The notes under the pieces: generated by a model
What the model saw: only the letters and a program-made list of their open reading frames with translations
Databases searched by the model: none
What the model was told of the DNA's origin: nothing
Sequence record: DRR378314_166
Strand: one strand, 5' to 3'
Length of the DNA stretch: 64,000 nt
Position numbers and translations under genes: made by a program
Shown here: positions 20,688 through 30,330 of the stretch, one piece after another
Layout of the letters: each line of letters starts with the position of its first letter
Numbering within the stretch: the stretch's first letter is position 1

Positions 20688-22217
20688 ATGAATGTTTTGT
20701 TTATTACCATTGATCAATGGCGGGCAGACTGGCTGGGGGCGAATGGCAATACAGGTGTTGAAACGCCCAACCTGGACCGATTGGCTAACTCCGGAACGCT
20801 GTTCCAGAAGCATTTTACCTGCTCTGCGCCATGTGGGCCATCGCGCGCAACACTTCACACCGGAATGTATCCCAGTAATCATCGGGCGATCAGCAACGGA
20901 ACGCCGTTAAACGCGCATTTGACCAATCTTGCCAAAGAAGCCCGAAAGCAAGGCTATGAGCCGACTTTGTTTGGCTATACGGATATTACCGCCGATCCCA
21001 GATATAAGGATCCGGGCGATCCGGATGTTAAGACATATGAAGGGGTACTGGATGGGTATTTTGTTGGCGCGAGACTGAATGAACACTGCAAAGCCTGGCT
21101 GTCTGATCTCATTTCCAAGGGATATGATGTCACGAAGGCCGGGTATGATATTTATCATCCCGATCCCGAATTTAAACTACCACCGGACCGGCATATGTCA
21201 TACGCGCCGTCTCGTTTCAAGGCGGCGGACAGTGAAACCGCCTGGCTGACGGACCGGACATTGGAATTTCTTCAGGCGCAGTTTGGCGATCCTTTTTTCT
21301 GTCATCTCAGTTATTTGCGACCGCACCCTCCGTTTATTGCGCCGCCTGAATATCACGATCGGTACCAACCTGCGGATATGGAAAAGCCCATAGATTTTGG
21401 GGATGTTAAATCAGTATCGGAAGTTCATCCGTTTTTGAACCTTGCATTGGAAACGATTCAGCAATCCACCTTCATGATGTCTGAAAAAGGATTGACCAAA
21501 GACTTGACCGAACATGAAGTTCGTCAGATCCGGGCAACCTATTCAGCGCTCGTCAGTGAGGTTGATGCCAATATAGGGCGTATTCTGGACATGCTGGAGA
21601 AAACCGGAGAGATGGAGAAAACCCTGATCGTTGTGACCGCCGATCATGGGGAACAGATGGGAGATCATCACCTGTTTGGCAAACTGGGGTTCTATGATCA
21701 AAGTTTTCATATTCCTCTGATCATCAAGGCACCCCAATCCATGAATATCGAGGCATCAGTGAGGGATGAATTTACAGAGTCTATTGATCTGATGCCAACC
21801 ATTCTTGAGTGTCTGGGCGCGAAGGTGCCCGCACAATGTGATGGAAAATCTTTGTTGCCGTTAATGCGTGCAGAGGTGCCAGACGATTGGCGGGATGCTG
21901 TTCATTGGCTGTTTGATTTTCGTGATATCGAGGATGGGGTCCCTGAAGCGGCGTTGGGCCTTGATCATAATGAATGTAACCTGTTGGTCTATCGCGACCG
22001 GAATTTTAAATATGTCCATTTCGTCAGCTTGCCGCCGTTGCTGTTCGATCTGATTAATGATCCGAACGAAACCCGAAATCTGGCGGAAGAGCCAGATTAT
22101 CAGGCCATTGTTTTAGATTATGCACAGAAATTATTGTCCTGGCGTATGAAGAACGAGTTCGGTGCACTGGATCGCTATGTGGTTTCTGATGAGGGCCAGA
22201 TGATTTATGGCGCCTAA
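20688..22217 (+). CDS. sulfatase-superfamily hydrolase, phosphonate monoester hydrolase-like
   Basis: NVLFI..DQWRAD, TPNLDRL, formylglycine motif CGPSRA.L.TG, GY.P.LFGYT...DPR and YLRPHPPF. These closely parallel rhizobial PMH enzymes. No signal peptide. Confidence 0.75.
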   Translation: MNVLFITIDQWRADWLGANGNTGVETPNLDRLANSGTLFQKHFTCSAPCGPSRATLHTGMYPSNHRAISNGTPLNAHLTNLAKEARKQGYEPTLFGYTDITADPRYKDPGDPDVKTYEGVLDGYFVGARLNEHCKAWLSDLISKGYDVTKAGYDIYHPDPEFKLPPDRHMSYAPSRFKAADSETAWLTDRTLEFLQAQFGDPFFCHLSYLRPHPPFIAPPEYHDRYQPADMEKPIDFGDVKSVSEVHPFLNLALETIQQSTFMMSEKGLTKDLTEHEVRQIRATYSALVSEVDANIGRILDMLEKTGEMEKTLIVVTADHGEQMGDHHLFGKLGFYDQSFHIPLIIKAPQSMNIEASVRDEFTESIDLMPTILECLGAKVPAQCDGKSLLPLMRAEVPDDWRDAVHWLFDFRDIEDGVPEAALGLDHNECNLLVYRDRNFKYVHFVSLPPLLFDLINDPNETRNLAEEPDYQAIVLDYAQKLLSWRMKNEFGALDRYVVSDEGQMIYGA

Positions 22218-23182
22218 AGTGTTATCGGATTTGGGATATCCTCATCAGCAAAAAACGCATCCAGGTTATCGCAGCATTTGAAACCCATGGCATCACGGGT
22301 CTCATGGGTTGCGCTACCGATATGCGGCAGGAGAAAAACATTCTCAAGCTCCAGGTAGCGTTTATCGAAAGCGGGCTCATTCTCAAATACATCCAGCCCG
22401 GCCGCCCCGACCTGACCTGTCTGAAGGGCAGGAATAAGGGCCGCATCATCAATAACGGCCCCACGGGCGGTGTTCACGATAACGGCATTCTTCGGCAGTA
22501 GTTTAAGCGTTTCCCGGTTGACCAAATGATGCGTTTCCGGCGTTAGGGGGCAGTTCAGGGACAGATATTGTGCATTTGGAAGCAGGCTTTGAAGGTCCGT
22601 GTGATAAACGGCTTCGGCCAGACCGTCTGCCATGACGGGACGTCTATTGTGATAATGGATCTGCATATCAAAACCGATTGCCCGCCTTGCCACAGCCTGG
22701 CCAATCCGGCCCATTCCGACAATTGCCAGTTTTTTGCCGGACATATGAAATCCAAGAAAATCAGTGGAAGACCAGCGACCCCACTTTCCAGCCCGGAGAT
22801 CTTGCGCCGCCTTATAGGCAAGACGGGAGGCCCCAAGCATGCAAAGCAGTGTGATGTCAGCCGTTGCATCGGTCAGCACATCGGGTGTGTTGCCAAGCTT
22901 GATGCCTTTATCTAAGGCTGCTTTGGCATCAATATGGTCATATCCGACGGAGAAGGTTGTGATTAATCCAATGCTGTCCGGCAAATGATCAATGATATCC
23001 GGGGAAAACAGGTTTGTAGGATCACAGAGAATAGCCTCTGCATTGGCGGCTTTGCTGATCAGTTCATCTTGGGTGAAGGCATGATCATCCGGGTTGTCGA
23101 TCAGACTGTAGCTTTGCCGAAGCCGGGCCATGACAGCTCCAGGAAATTGACGGGTTACGAGGATTGTGGGTTTTGCAGACAT
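22214..23182 (-). CDS. D-2-hydroxyacid dehydrogenase (glyoxylate/hydroxypyruvate reductase type)
   Basis: SVGYDHID, NTPDVLTDATAD, GMGRIG, NTARG, GLDVFENEP and PHIGSAT motifs. Confidence 0.92.
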   Translation of the reverse strand: MSAKPTILVTRQFPGAVMARLRQSYSLIDNPDDHAFTQDELISKAANAEAILCDPTNLFSPDIIDHLPDSIGLITTFSVGYDHIDAKAALDKGIKLGNTPDVLTDATADITLLCMLGASRLAYKAAQDLRAGKWGRWSSTDFLGFHMSGKKLAIVGMGRIGQAVARRAIGFDMQIHYHNRRPVMADGLAEAVYHTDLQSLLPNAQYLSLNCPLTPETHHLVNRETLKLLPKNAVIVNTARGAVIDDAALIPALQTGQVGAAGLDVFENEPAFDKRYLELENVFLLPHIGSATHETRDAMGFKCCDNLDAFFADEDIPNPITL

Positions 23183-23201
23183 AGGAACCTTCGAGGGGAA
23201 A

Positions 23202-24071
23202 TTAACGGTTTATATTCATGATATCCCGGATGAGCCGGGCAGGCTTTGAGGAAGGCTCAGCGAGTGCCGACATGATGGTGAAGTGATTATAGGGGGCAAG
23301 GACGCTGGTGGCGGCCGAACAATTCGGCCACGCTTTTTCCAGGCGTTCGCTCTGATCTATATATTCGGACCCTTCCGCAGCGCCGACCAGTGGCAGAAAC
23401 TTTCCCGATAGGGGCGCCGGCAATTTAATGGGGCTCAAATTGTCAATGTCAGCCTGTTTTAGAGATAGATCCGTTTGCAGAAAACTTTTGGAAATAGGCT
23501 CCAGATCATAGAGCCCGCTTATGCCAACCGCCGATTTTACAACATTCGTTGGCAAACCGGCAGCGAAGTCTGACCAGTTGGTCGCTAGACACATGGCGAC
23601 GATATGTCCACCAGCAGAATGACCGCTTAAATGTAGTTCATCTGGATCGAGGCTCAGCTCGTCAGCCTGCTCGTACAGAAAGGCGATGGACTGACGACAT
23701 TGGCGGATCAGTTCAGCCATATTTATCTGTGGGATAAGCTGGTAATCGACAATTGCGGTGGCAATCCCATGATCAGCAAAAGCCCGCGCGACAAAATGAA
23801 AGCTTTCCTTGCTAAAGGCTTTCCAATAGCCGCCATGAAAAAAGATCTGTACGGGAAAGGGGCCAACGCCCGCATCTGTTGGATGAAAAAGATCAAGGCT
23901 TTGGCCCGATTTTGGATCGTACATATGGCCAGTAAAATCTGGAAATTCGCCGCGGGCGGTTTGGCTGAGCGCTGCCCATTCCGTAACGAAATTTTTGAAA
24001 TTTTTGACTTTCACCTGGTTATTATATTCTGCATCCAATGCCAATTGGCTATAAGATTTGTAGACAGTCAT
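23202..24071 (-). CDS. alpha/beta hydrolase, arylformamidase (kynurenine formamidase)-like
   Basis: FFHGGYW oxyanion motif, GHSAGGH nucleophile, ISGLYDL.P and NHF motifs. Confidence 0.8.
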   Translation of the reverse strand: MTVYKSYSQLALDAEYNNQVKVKNFKNFVTEWAALSQTARGEFPDFTGHMYDPKSGQSLDLFHPTDAGVGPFPVQIFFHGGYWKAFSKESFHFVARAFADHGIATAIVDYQLIPQINMAELIRQCRQSIAFLYEQADELSLDPDELHLSGHSAGGHIVAMCLATNWSDFAAGLPTNVVKSAVGISGLYDLEPISKSFLQTDLSLKQADIDNLSPIKLPAPLSGKFLPLVGAAEGSEYIDQSERLEKAWPNCSAATSVLAPYNHFTIMSALAEPSSKPARLIRDIMNINR

Positions 24072-24221
24072 TCTTTAAATCCAATTCCCTTAAATCAGTG
24101 GCAAGTGTATCTGGATTTCCCTATTGGGAAACCGTTTTTTTTAACCTTTTTCTTGATCGTAAACTTGTCTATCCTGTCCAGATACCCATAAACAAAAACT
24201 CCAAATAAGGGGGGAGACATT

Positions 24222-24683
24222 ATGAAAGCAATTTCCAAAGAAGAATTTCTCGCATCAGCAGGAACAGAATACGGGCCCGGTGAATGGATGAAGATTGATC
24301 AGGAGCGGATCAACAAATTTGCCGAAGCGACTGGGGATTTTCAGTTTATTCACGTAGATCCAGAGGCTGCCAAGCAAACACCATTTGGCTCAACCATCGC
24401 GCATGGGTTTCTCAGCCTGTCTCTGTTGGCTCATCTCACACCGCAAATCACGCCCAAGCCGGAAAACGTGCAGATGGGTGTGAATTATGGTTTGAATAAA
24501 TTGCGGTTTTTAAACCCGGTTAAGGTGGATCAGGAAGTGCGCGTCAAAAGCAAGATCCTTGATGTCACTGAAAAACGGCCGGGTCAGGTGCTTGTAACCA
24601 GTGAAGTAACGTTAGAAATTAAAGGCGAAAAAGCACCGGCCCTGGTGGCCGAGTGGCTGGGCATGACTTTCGTCGGTGACTAA
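24222..24683 (+). CDS. MaoC/NodN-family dehydratase
   Basis: DQ.RI..FAEATGD.Q.IHVDPE.A..TPFG.TIAHGFL and NYGLNKLRF..PV motifs. Confidence 0.92.
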   Translation: MKAISKEEFLASAGTEYGPGEWMKIDQERINKFAEATGDFQFIHVDPEAAKQTPFGSTIAHGFLSLSLLAHLTPQITPKPENVQMGVNYGLNKLRFLNPVKVDQEVRVKSKILDVTEKRPGQVLVTSEVTLEIKGEKAPALVAEWLGMTFVGD

Positions 24684-24713
24684 TTTAATCTGAAACCTTG
24701 TTTAGGAGTTTTT

Positions 24714-25634
24714 ATGACTATTCGTTTTGATGGCCGGGTTGCCATTGTGACAGGCGCGGGTAATGGACTTGGGCGGTGTCACGCGATTGAACTGGCAAAA
24801 CGCGGCGCCAAAGTTGTTGTCAATGATCTTGGCGGCAGTCGCGATGGAAGCGGTGCATCCAGCGATGCGGCAAAAGCGGTCGTGGCAGAAATTGAAGCCG
24901 CTGGCGGTGAAGCCATTGCAAATGGCGCCGACGTCACGGATTACGATCAGGTTGCCGTTATGGTTCAGGAAGCCCAAGACAAGTGGGGCAGTGTTGACAT
25001 TCTGGTCAATAATGCGGGCGTTCTTCGGGATAAATCTTTTAGCAATATGGAGCTTGAGGATTTTGATTTTGTCTTGAATGTTCATTTGATGGGCAGCGTG
25101 AATTGTACCAAAGCCGTTTGGCCAATCATGCGCGAGAAGAATTATGGCCGGATTGTCATGACGACCTCATCCAGTGGTCTGTATGGAAACTTCGGACAGA
25201 CCAACTATGGAGCGGCCAAGATGGGTGTTATCGGGCTGATGAATACATTGGTTCTGGAAGGCGGCAAATACGGGATCCGGGTTAATGCCCTATCACCTTG
25301 TGCGGCTACCCGGATGACCGAAGATTTGATGCCAGAAAATCTGCTTGATTTGCTGAAACCGGAATCTGTTACGCCGGCACTTCTTTATCTCGTCAGTGAA
25401 GAGGGACCAAACCGGACGATCATCACAGCCGGTGCAGGGACTTACGCAAAATCAATCATTTATGAAACTGGTGGCATGTGGCTTGCGGAAGAGGATCAGA
25501 CACCTGAAAAAATTGCTGAGAATTGGGGGACTATTGCTGATCCGTCAACTCAGAAGGAATATACCAGTGGTAATGATCAAACACAGAACATGCTAACAAA
25601 AGCAGCAAGTGGGCTTGGCATAAAGCTGAGCTGA
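24714..25634 (+). CDS. SDR oxidoreductase, 3-hydroxyacyl-CoA dehydrogenase (MFE-2 type)
   Basis: TGAGNGLG, VVVNDLG, NNAG.LRD and YGNFGQ.NYGAAK motifs. Confidence 0.9.
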   Translation: MTIRFDGRVAIVTGAGNGLGRCHAIELAKRGAKVVVNDLGGSRDGSGASSDAAKAVVAEIEAAGGEAIANGADVTDYDQVAVMVQEAQDKWGSVDILVNNAGVLRDKSFSNMELEDFDFVLNVHLMGSVNCTKAVWPIMREKNYGRIVMTTSSSGLYGNFGQTNYGAAKMGVIGLMNTLVLEGGKYGIRVNALSPCAATRMTEDLMPENLLDLLKPESVTPALLYLVSEEGPNRTIITAGAGTYAKSIIYETGGMWLAEEDQTPEKIAENWGTIADPSTQKEYTSGNDQTQNMLTKAASGLGIKLS

Positions 25635-25655
25635 GTGGGTTTCTTATAGTCCAAG

Positions 25656-25687
25656 AAAGGGTTCACCAAGCGGTGGGCCCTTTTTGT
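25656..25687 (+). terminator. rho-independent terminator
   Basis: AAAGGGTTCACC-aagc-GGTGGGCCCTTT stem (with G-U pairs) followed by a T tract, after the SDR gene. Confidence 0.75.
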
Positions 25688-25764
25688 ATTTTCAGGCTTA
25701 AATTTGAATTTTGTTGTCACTGATCACTCCCTTTCGCTAAACTTCGCTGAAAAGGGGAGGAGCC

Positions 25765-26388
25765 GTGACAAGAAAATCAGGATCCAGCGCAGAAAAGACG
25801 CTGGCCGCTATCCGAGTTGCGGGAATCGATCGACTATATAAACAAGGTTTTGCAGGTATGACCTTGCGCGAGCTGGCCGCTGACGTCGGTATTCAGGCAG
25901 GCTCCCTTTATAATCATTTTTCTAACAAACAGGAATTTCTGTATAGTGTTTTGATCTTTGTGATGACAGATCTTTTGGAAGAGTTGATGTCTTCGCTGGA
26001 TAAGGCAGATAATCCTCATTCAGCCTTGATGGCCTTCGTTGAATGCCATGTCATATTTCACTGTGACAAGCGCAAGGAAGTTCTTGTCAGTACAACTGAA
26101 CTTCGCAGCCTAACCCCCGAAAATTACAGAAAAATTATCGATTTCAGAGATCAGTATGAAAAGCAGTTGAAAGATATTTTGATCTGGGGTGAAAGAGAGA
26201 AATACTGGAAAACTGTGGATGTAAAAATGGCCACGAAGTTAATTCTCGGAATGATGACGAGCGTTGGGGTCTGGTATCGGGTCGACGGACCAGTTGATAA
26301 ATCAGAGATCGTTCAAATCTACCAAGCGACAGTTGAGAACCTTCTCAAGAAAGAGATGCAAAGCTTGAAAATCCAGCCCGTTAATTAA
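25765..26388 (+). CDS. TetR family regulator (KstR2-like)
   Basis: HTH GF...TLRELA..VGI.AGSLYNHF.NK; C-terminal ELRSL...R..YE and WYR.DG. GTG start with GGAGGAG RBS. Confidence 0.88.
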   Translation: MTRKSGSSAEKTLAAIRVAGIDRLYKQGFAGMTLRELAADVGIQAGSLYNHFSNKQEFLYSVLIFVMTDLLEELMSSLDKADNPHSALMAFVECHVIFHCDKRKEVLVSTTELRSLTPENYRKIIDFRDQYEKQLKDILIWGEREKYWKTVDVKMATKLILGMMTSVGVWYRVDGPVDKSEIVQIYQATVENLLKKEMQSLKIQPVN

Positions 26389-26518
26389 AGGTTTCGAAAG
26401 AAGATCTTATCTTTTTGAGTTATTGCGAATATTATGAATATTAATGAGTGCCTGCGGCCTAGCCTGAAAAACCGGCGTGCAACAGAATTTTCGGCCCCTT
26501 TGGCCAGTTGAAATGTAA

Positions 26519-28768
26519 ATGCTTGAAAATAATTTGATTGATGCTCAATCCCGCCTGAAATCAAGAATACGGGAGCTGATTTTCCCGATCTCTGTTTTTG
26601 TGGTTTTGGCCTGTGCAGTTCTTGTCTTTACCATTATGAAAAGCGCCGAGACTCAGGATCGGGTAGAGATCAATGCCTCTGTAAAACTGGTTCGTGCCCT
26701 GATTGAAAACAACGAAGATCAACTTCGGGATATCGTATTTGATAATTCCAATTGGGATGCCGCGGTTGTCAATTTGGCTCTCAAGCCGGATAGGAACTGG
26801 GCAGATGCAAATGTTGGCGTTTACCTGCATGATATTTACCAACTCTCTGGAAGCTACGTTGTTGATGGGAATAATAAGACATTATATGCGACGGCTGAAG
26901 GGGAGCGGTTTGAAGTTGAAATCCGGGACCAATTCCCCTCAATTCTCAATTTTCTGAAAACCATTCGATCTGATTTCCAGCCTGATAATACCCAGAGTGT
27001 GGGCAGTACCTTCATAACAGGCGCTGATGGCAAGATTTACTTAATCGCGGGAGCCGTATTGCAAAGCGATTATGTTGATTTGTCCGAAGAGGCTGGGCGG
27101 CGCGCGACAGAATTGCAGAGTATGTTGGTTCTCAGCAAAGTTCTGGATGAGGCATTTCTGAATAAGATGTCGGAACAATTTAATATTCCTTCGCTTACCC
27201 TTGTTAAATCAGTAGAAGAACACCATGAGAAAAAGGGCTACTTGCCCATAAACGGCTTAGACGGTCGCTTGTTAGCTTGGTTTGAGTGGCAGCCTATTTT
27301 GCACACTGATGAACTGGTCGGCTCTGTTCTGGACGGGGTGATTTTGATTTTGATTGGCTTGGGTATTGTCACTTTAATCATCGGTTATAAAGCGGTCAAA
27401 CTGACGCGGATCATTGATGGGGGGATAAAGGACTATCTGGTTGAAAAAAAGACCCTGCAGGAATATGAACGGGCGATCTCCCAGCTTGGACGTGAAGACT
27501 CTTTGTATGATATGTCCCTGGACCAGGCATTAGAGCAAATTGCGGCCAGTGCAATTCGAAATCTATCCGTAGATCAGGTTGGTTTTTGGGAGTTCGCAGA
27601 GGAACCCCGTCAAGTGAGATGCATTACGGTTGAGGGGCAAAGAACGGATCGGCAAGGCAAAGGTGTCTCCATCGTCCTGGCTGACTTTCCAGAATTGGAA
27701 GAAATTTTTGAAGGTTCCCACCAATACACCGCTCAGAATGTATGGGATGATCCCCGCTTGACCCGGGTCGCGCGATTATGGTTTGAAAACGAAGATGCAG
27801 CGTCAGTTCATTTGGTTCCCATTTTCCGGCGAGGTGAGGTTGAAGGTTTTGTCCATTTTCTTTCGTGGGATCCAGATGTGAGCTGGACGGATGAGGAAAA
27901 ACGGTTTGCCCGAAGCTTAGTCAATATGGTGGCTTTGCTGTTTGAAACACATACTCAAAAAGAAATTGAAAAAGAACTTCGCCGGGCGATCAAAATGGCG
28001 GAGAAAGCTAATATCGCGAAGACCGAATTTCTGGCAAATATGAGCCACGAACTCAGAACTCCTTTGAATGCGATTATTGGGTTTTCTGATATTATCAAGC
28101 AGAATATCTTTGGGCCTATAGGCTCTCAGAAATATGTCGAATATGTGCAGGATATCAACGTAAGTGCAAGACACCTGCTCAGTTTGATCAATGAGATATT
28201 GGATGTGGCAAAAACGGAGTCTGGAACGTATCGGATCTATCCCGAAGCCGTGGAGCTTGTGAGCGAGCTGGAGACTTGTAGTCGGCTAGTAGAGGGGCGG
28301 TTTCCAGGTAAAGAGATTGACGTCTCTATTACGGCTGAGGCAGATCTAAAAATCGTTGAAGTGGATCCAAAATCATTTCGTCAGATTGTTCTCAATATTT
28401 TGACAAATTCGGCAAAATTCACCAAATCCAACTGCCAAATTCAAATTAATATCGAGAAATATGAAGATGCCTTTCAGCTTGAATTCAAAGATAATGGTGT
28501 CGGAATTCCCAAAGAACAAATTAGCGAAATCTATAAACCGTTCCGCCAGGTTGAAAATGCGTTCAATAAACGATTTGAAGGAACCGGGCTTGGCTTGGCG
28601 ATAACCCGAGCGCTTATTGAATTACATGGGGGATCCATTGAAATTGAAAGCGAACTGGAGTTTGGAACCACAGTAACCGTGAAGCTTCCAATCAAGTGTA
28701 AAGCGGTTTTGGATGATCAGGCAGATGCAGCGAAAGACAAAGCCTTTCCCAAAGTTGTAGATATGTGA
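26519..28768 (+). CDS. membrane sensor histidine kinase (CHASE4-like, GAF, HisKA, HATPase; PleC/DivJ-like)
   Basis: Two TM segments around a D...WD periplasmic domain, then a GAF-like region, FLANMSHELRTPLNAIIGFS, FGPIG..KY.EY..DI and GTGLGL. Confidence 0.88.
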   Translation: MLENNLIDAQSRLKSRIRELIFPISVFVVLACAVLVFTIMKSAETQDRVEINASVKLVRALIENNEDQLRDIVFDNSNWDAAVVNLALKPDRNWADANVGVYLHDIYQLSGSYVVDGNNKTLYATAEGERFEVEIRDQFPSILNFLKTIRSDFQPDNTQSVGSTFITGADGKIYLIAGAVLQSDYVDLSEEAGRRATELQSMLVLSKVLDEAFLNKMSEQFNIPSLTLVKSVEEHHEKKGYLPINGLDGRLLAWFEWQPILHTDELVGSVLDGVILILIGLGIVTLIIGYKAVKLTRIIDGGIKDYLVEKKTLQEYERAISQLGREDSLYDMSLDQALEQIAASAIRNLSVDQVGFWEFAEEPRQVRCITVEGQRTDRQGKGVSIVLADFPELEEIFEGSHQYTAQNVWDDPRLTRVARLWFENEDAASVHLVPIFRRGEVEGFVHFLSWDPDVSWTDEEKRFARSLVNMVALLFETHTQKEIEKELRRAIKMAEKANIAKTEFLANMSHELRTPLNAIIGFSDIIKQNIFGPIGSQKYVEYVQDINVSARHLLSLINEILDVAKTESGTYRIYPEAVELVSELETCSRLVEGRFPGKEIDVSITAEADLKIVEVDPKSFRQIVLNILTNSAKFTKSNCQIQINIEKYEDAFQLEFKDNGVGIPKEQISEIYKPFRQVENAFNKRFEGTGLGLAITRALIELHGGSIEIESELEFGTTVTVKLPIKCKAVLDDQADAAKDKAFPKVVDM

Positions 28769-28926
28769 ATTTGGGGAAATGACGGTTTCTTGTTGAGGTA
28801 TTGTGGATATTAGCTTGAATGTCAACTTTTTCGGTTGAAGTGCAACTGTATTCTTGAGCTTTTTAAATAAACGGCTACTCTAGCGGCTAAATTTTTATAG
28901 TTCATTTTAGGTACAGGTAGAGGCTA

Positions 28927-30294
28927 ATGGATCCCAGAAATGTAGAAACCATTGAAGATGCCAAGGCAATCGTAGAAGAGCGCGGCTTGGAGTATGTCAA
29001 AGTTGGCGTGTTCGATATTGATGGCGTAATGCGGGGCAAATATCTCAGCAAGACGAAATTCTTCAGTATACTGGAGAAAGGCTTTGGTTTTTGCGATGTC
29101 GTGCTGGGGTGGGACGTGAATGATCAGCTCTATGATCGGGAAAGTTATACCGGTTGGAAAACCGGTTATCCGGATGCCACTGTTCGGGTAGTTGTCGATA
29201 GCTGCCGTGAAATTCCCATGGAAGACAATATGCTCCTGTTTCTTCTGGAGTTTGGGGATAGAGCCGAAAAAGTTTGTCCGCGTGGAACTTTGAAGCGAAT
29301 GATTGCCAAAGCCAAGGATATGGGCCTGTCAGCCACCGCCGCCTGTGAGTTTGAATTTTTTCTATTTGATGAAACGCCCAAATCCATTCGAGAAAAGAAT
29401 TACAAGGATCTTGAGAATTTTACGCCCGGATTTTTCGGATATTCCATGCTTCGGGCATCTACTGAGTCTGATTTTTATGAACAACTTCTTGAGCTTTGCC
29501 TGATCATGGATATGCCCGTAGAAGGACTTCATACGGAAACGGGGCCGGGTGTTCTGGAAGCTGCCTTGGGTCATGACGATGTGTTGGCAGCAGCAGATAA
29601 GGGAGCACTTTTCAAGACCTTTACCAAGGTTCTGGCGCAGAAAAATGAACTGATGGCAACGTTTATGGCCAAGTGGTCGCCTGACTATCCTGGGCAGAGT
29701 GGCCATATTCATATGTCTTTGCAAAAAGACGATGGAACCAGTGCGTTCTATGAACCCGGCAAGCCGGACAGCATGAGTGATGCCATGCGTCATTTTATTG
29801 GCGGGCAGCAGAAGTTAATGCCTGAACTGTTGGCGATGGTCTCTCCGACCATTAATAGCTACACGCGGCTCATTCCGGGTTTTTGGGCTCCAACGGAAGC
29901 CAGTTGGGGGGTCGAAAACAGAACTTGTGCATTGCGGGCAATCCCTGGAGGTGAAAAATCCCAGCGGGTTGAATATCGCATTGCTGCGGCTGACATGAAC
30001 CCCTATCTGGCCGTTGCCGCTGCCCTTGGTTCTGGTCTGTGGGGCATTGAAAACAAGGTTGAACCAACAGAAGGCATTGTTGGTAGCGCCTATGATCAAG
30101 AATTTGCCGAAGAACTGGCCTTACCAAGGACGCTGGGTGAAGCGGCCGACCGCTTGACGAAATCCAAAGCGGCTCGAGAATTGTTTGGCGATGAATTCGT
30201 TGACCATTACGCCGTGACCCGTGACTGGGAAGAGCGTGAATTTAGAAAAGCAATCACCGATTGGGAGATGCAGCGGTATTTTGAGATCATTTGA
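28927..30294 (+). CDS. glutamine synthetase-family gamma-glutamyl-amine ligase (GlnA4/ethanolamine type)
   Basis: D.DG.MRGK, GW.TGYPD, EFEFFLF, HTETGPG..E, FMAK, SGH.H.SL, WG.ENRT and EYR...AD.NPY motifs. No glnB or ntr context; clustered with GATase, ALDH and ADH. Confidence 0.82.
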   Translation: MDPRNVETIEDAKAIVEERGLEYVKVGVFDIDGVMRGKYLSKTKFFSILEKGFGFCDVVLGWDVNDQLYDRESYTGWKTGYPDATVRVVVDSCREIPMEDNMLLFLLEFGDRAEKVCPRGTLKRMIAKAKDMGLSATAACEFEFFLFDETPKSIREKNYKDLENFTPGFFGYSMLRASTESDFYEQLLELCLIMDMPVEGLHTETGPGVLEAALGHDDVLAAADKGALFKTFTKVLAQKNELMATFMAKWSPDYPGQSGHIHMSLQKDDGTSAFYEPGKPDSMSDAMRHFIGGQQKLMPELLAMVSPTINSYTRLIPGFWAPTEASWGVENRTCALRAIPGGEKSQRVEYRIAAADMNPYLAVAAALGSGLWGIENKVEPTEGIVGSAYDQEFAEELALPRTLGEAADRLTKSKAARELFGDEFVDHYAVTRDWEEREFRKAITDWEMQRYFEII

Positions 30295-30330
30295 GTGCGG
30301 TCATTAGGTGCCGACAGGTGAGGGGGGACT

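Noticed and set aside
25727-25764. CTCCCTTT / AAAGGGGAG pairing that could occlude the TetR RBS
   Set aside because: The stem is short and imperfect with a long loop, and there is no aptamer-like context. Too weak to call.
28927-30294. Housekeeping glutamine synthetase glnA
   Set aside because: It lacks the GSI-beta adenylylation-region motif and any glnB/ntr context. Its neighbours indicate a gamma-glutamyl ligase.
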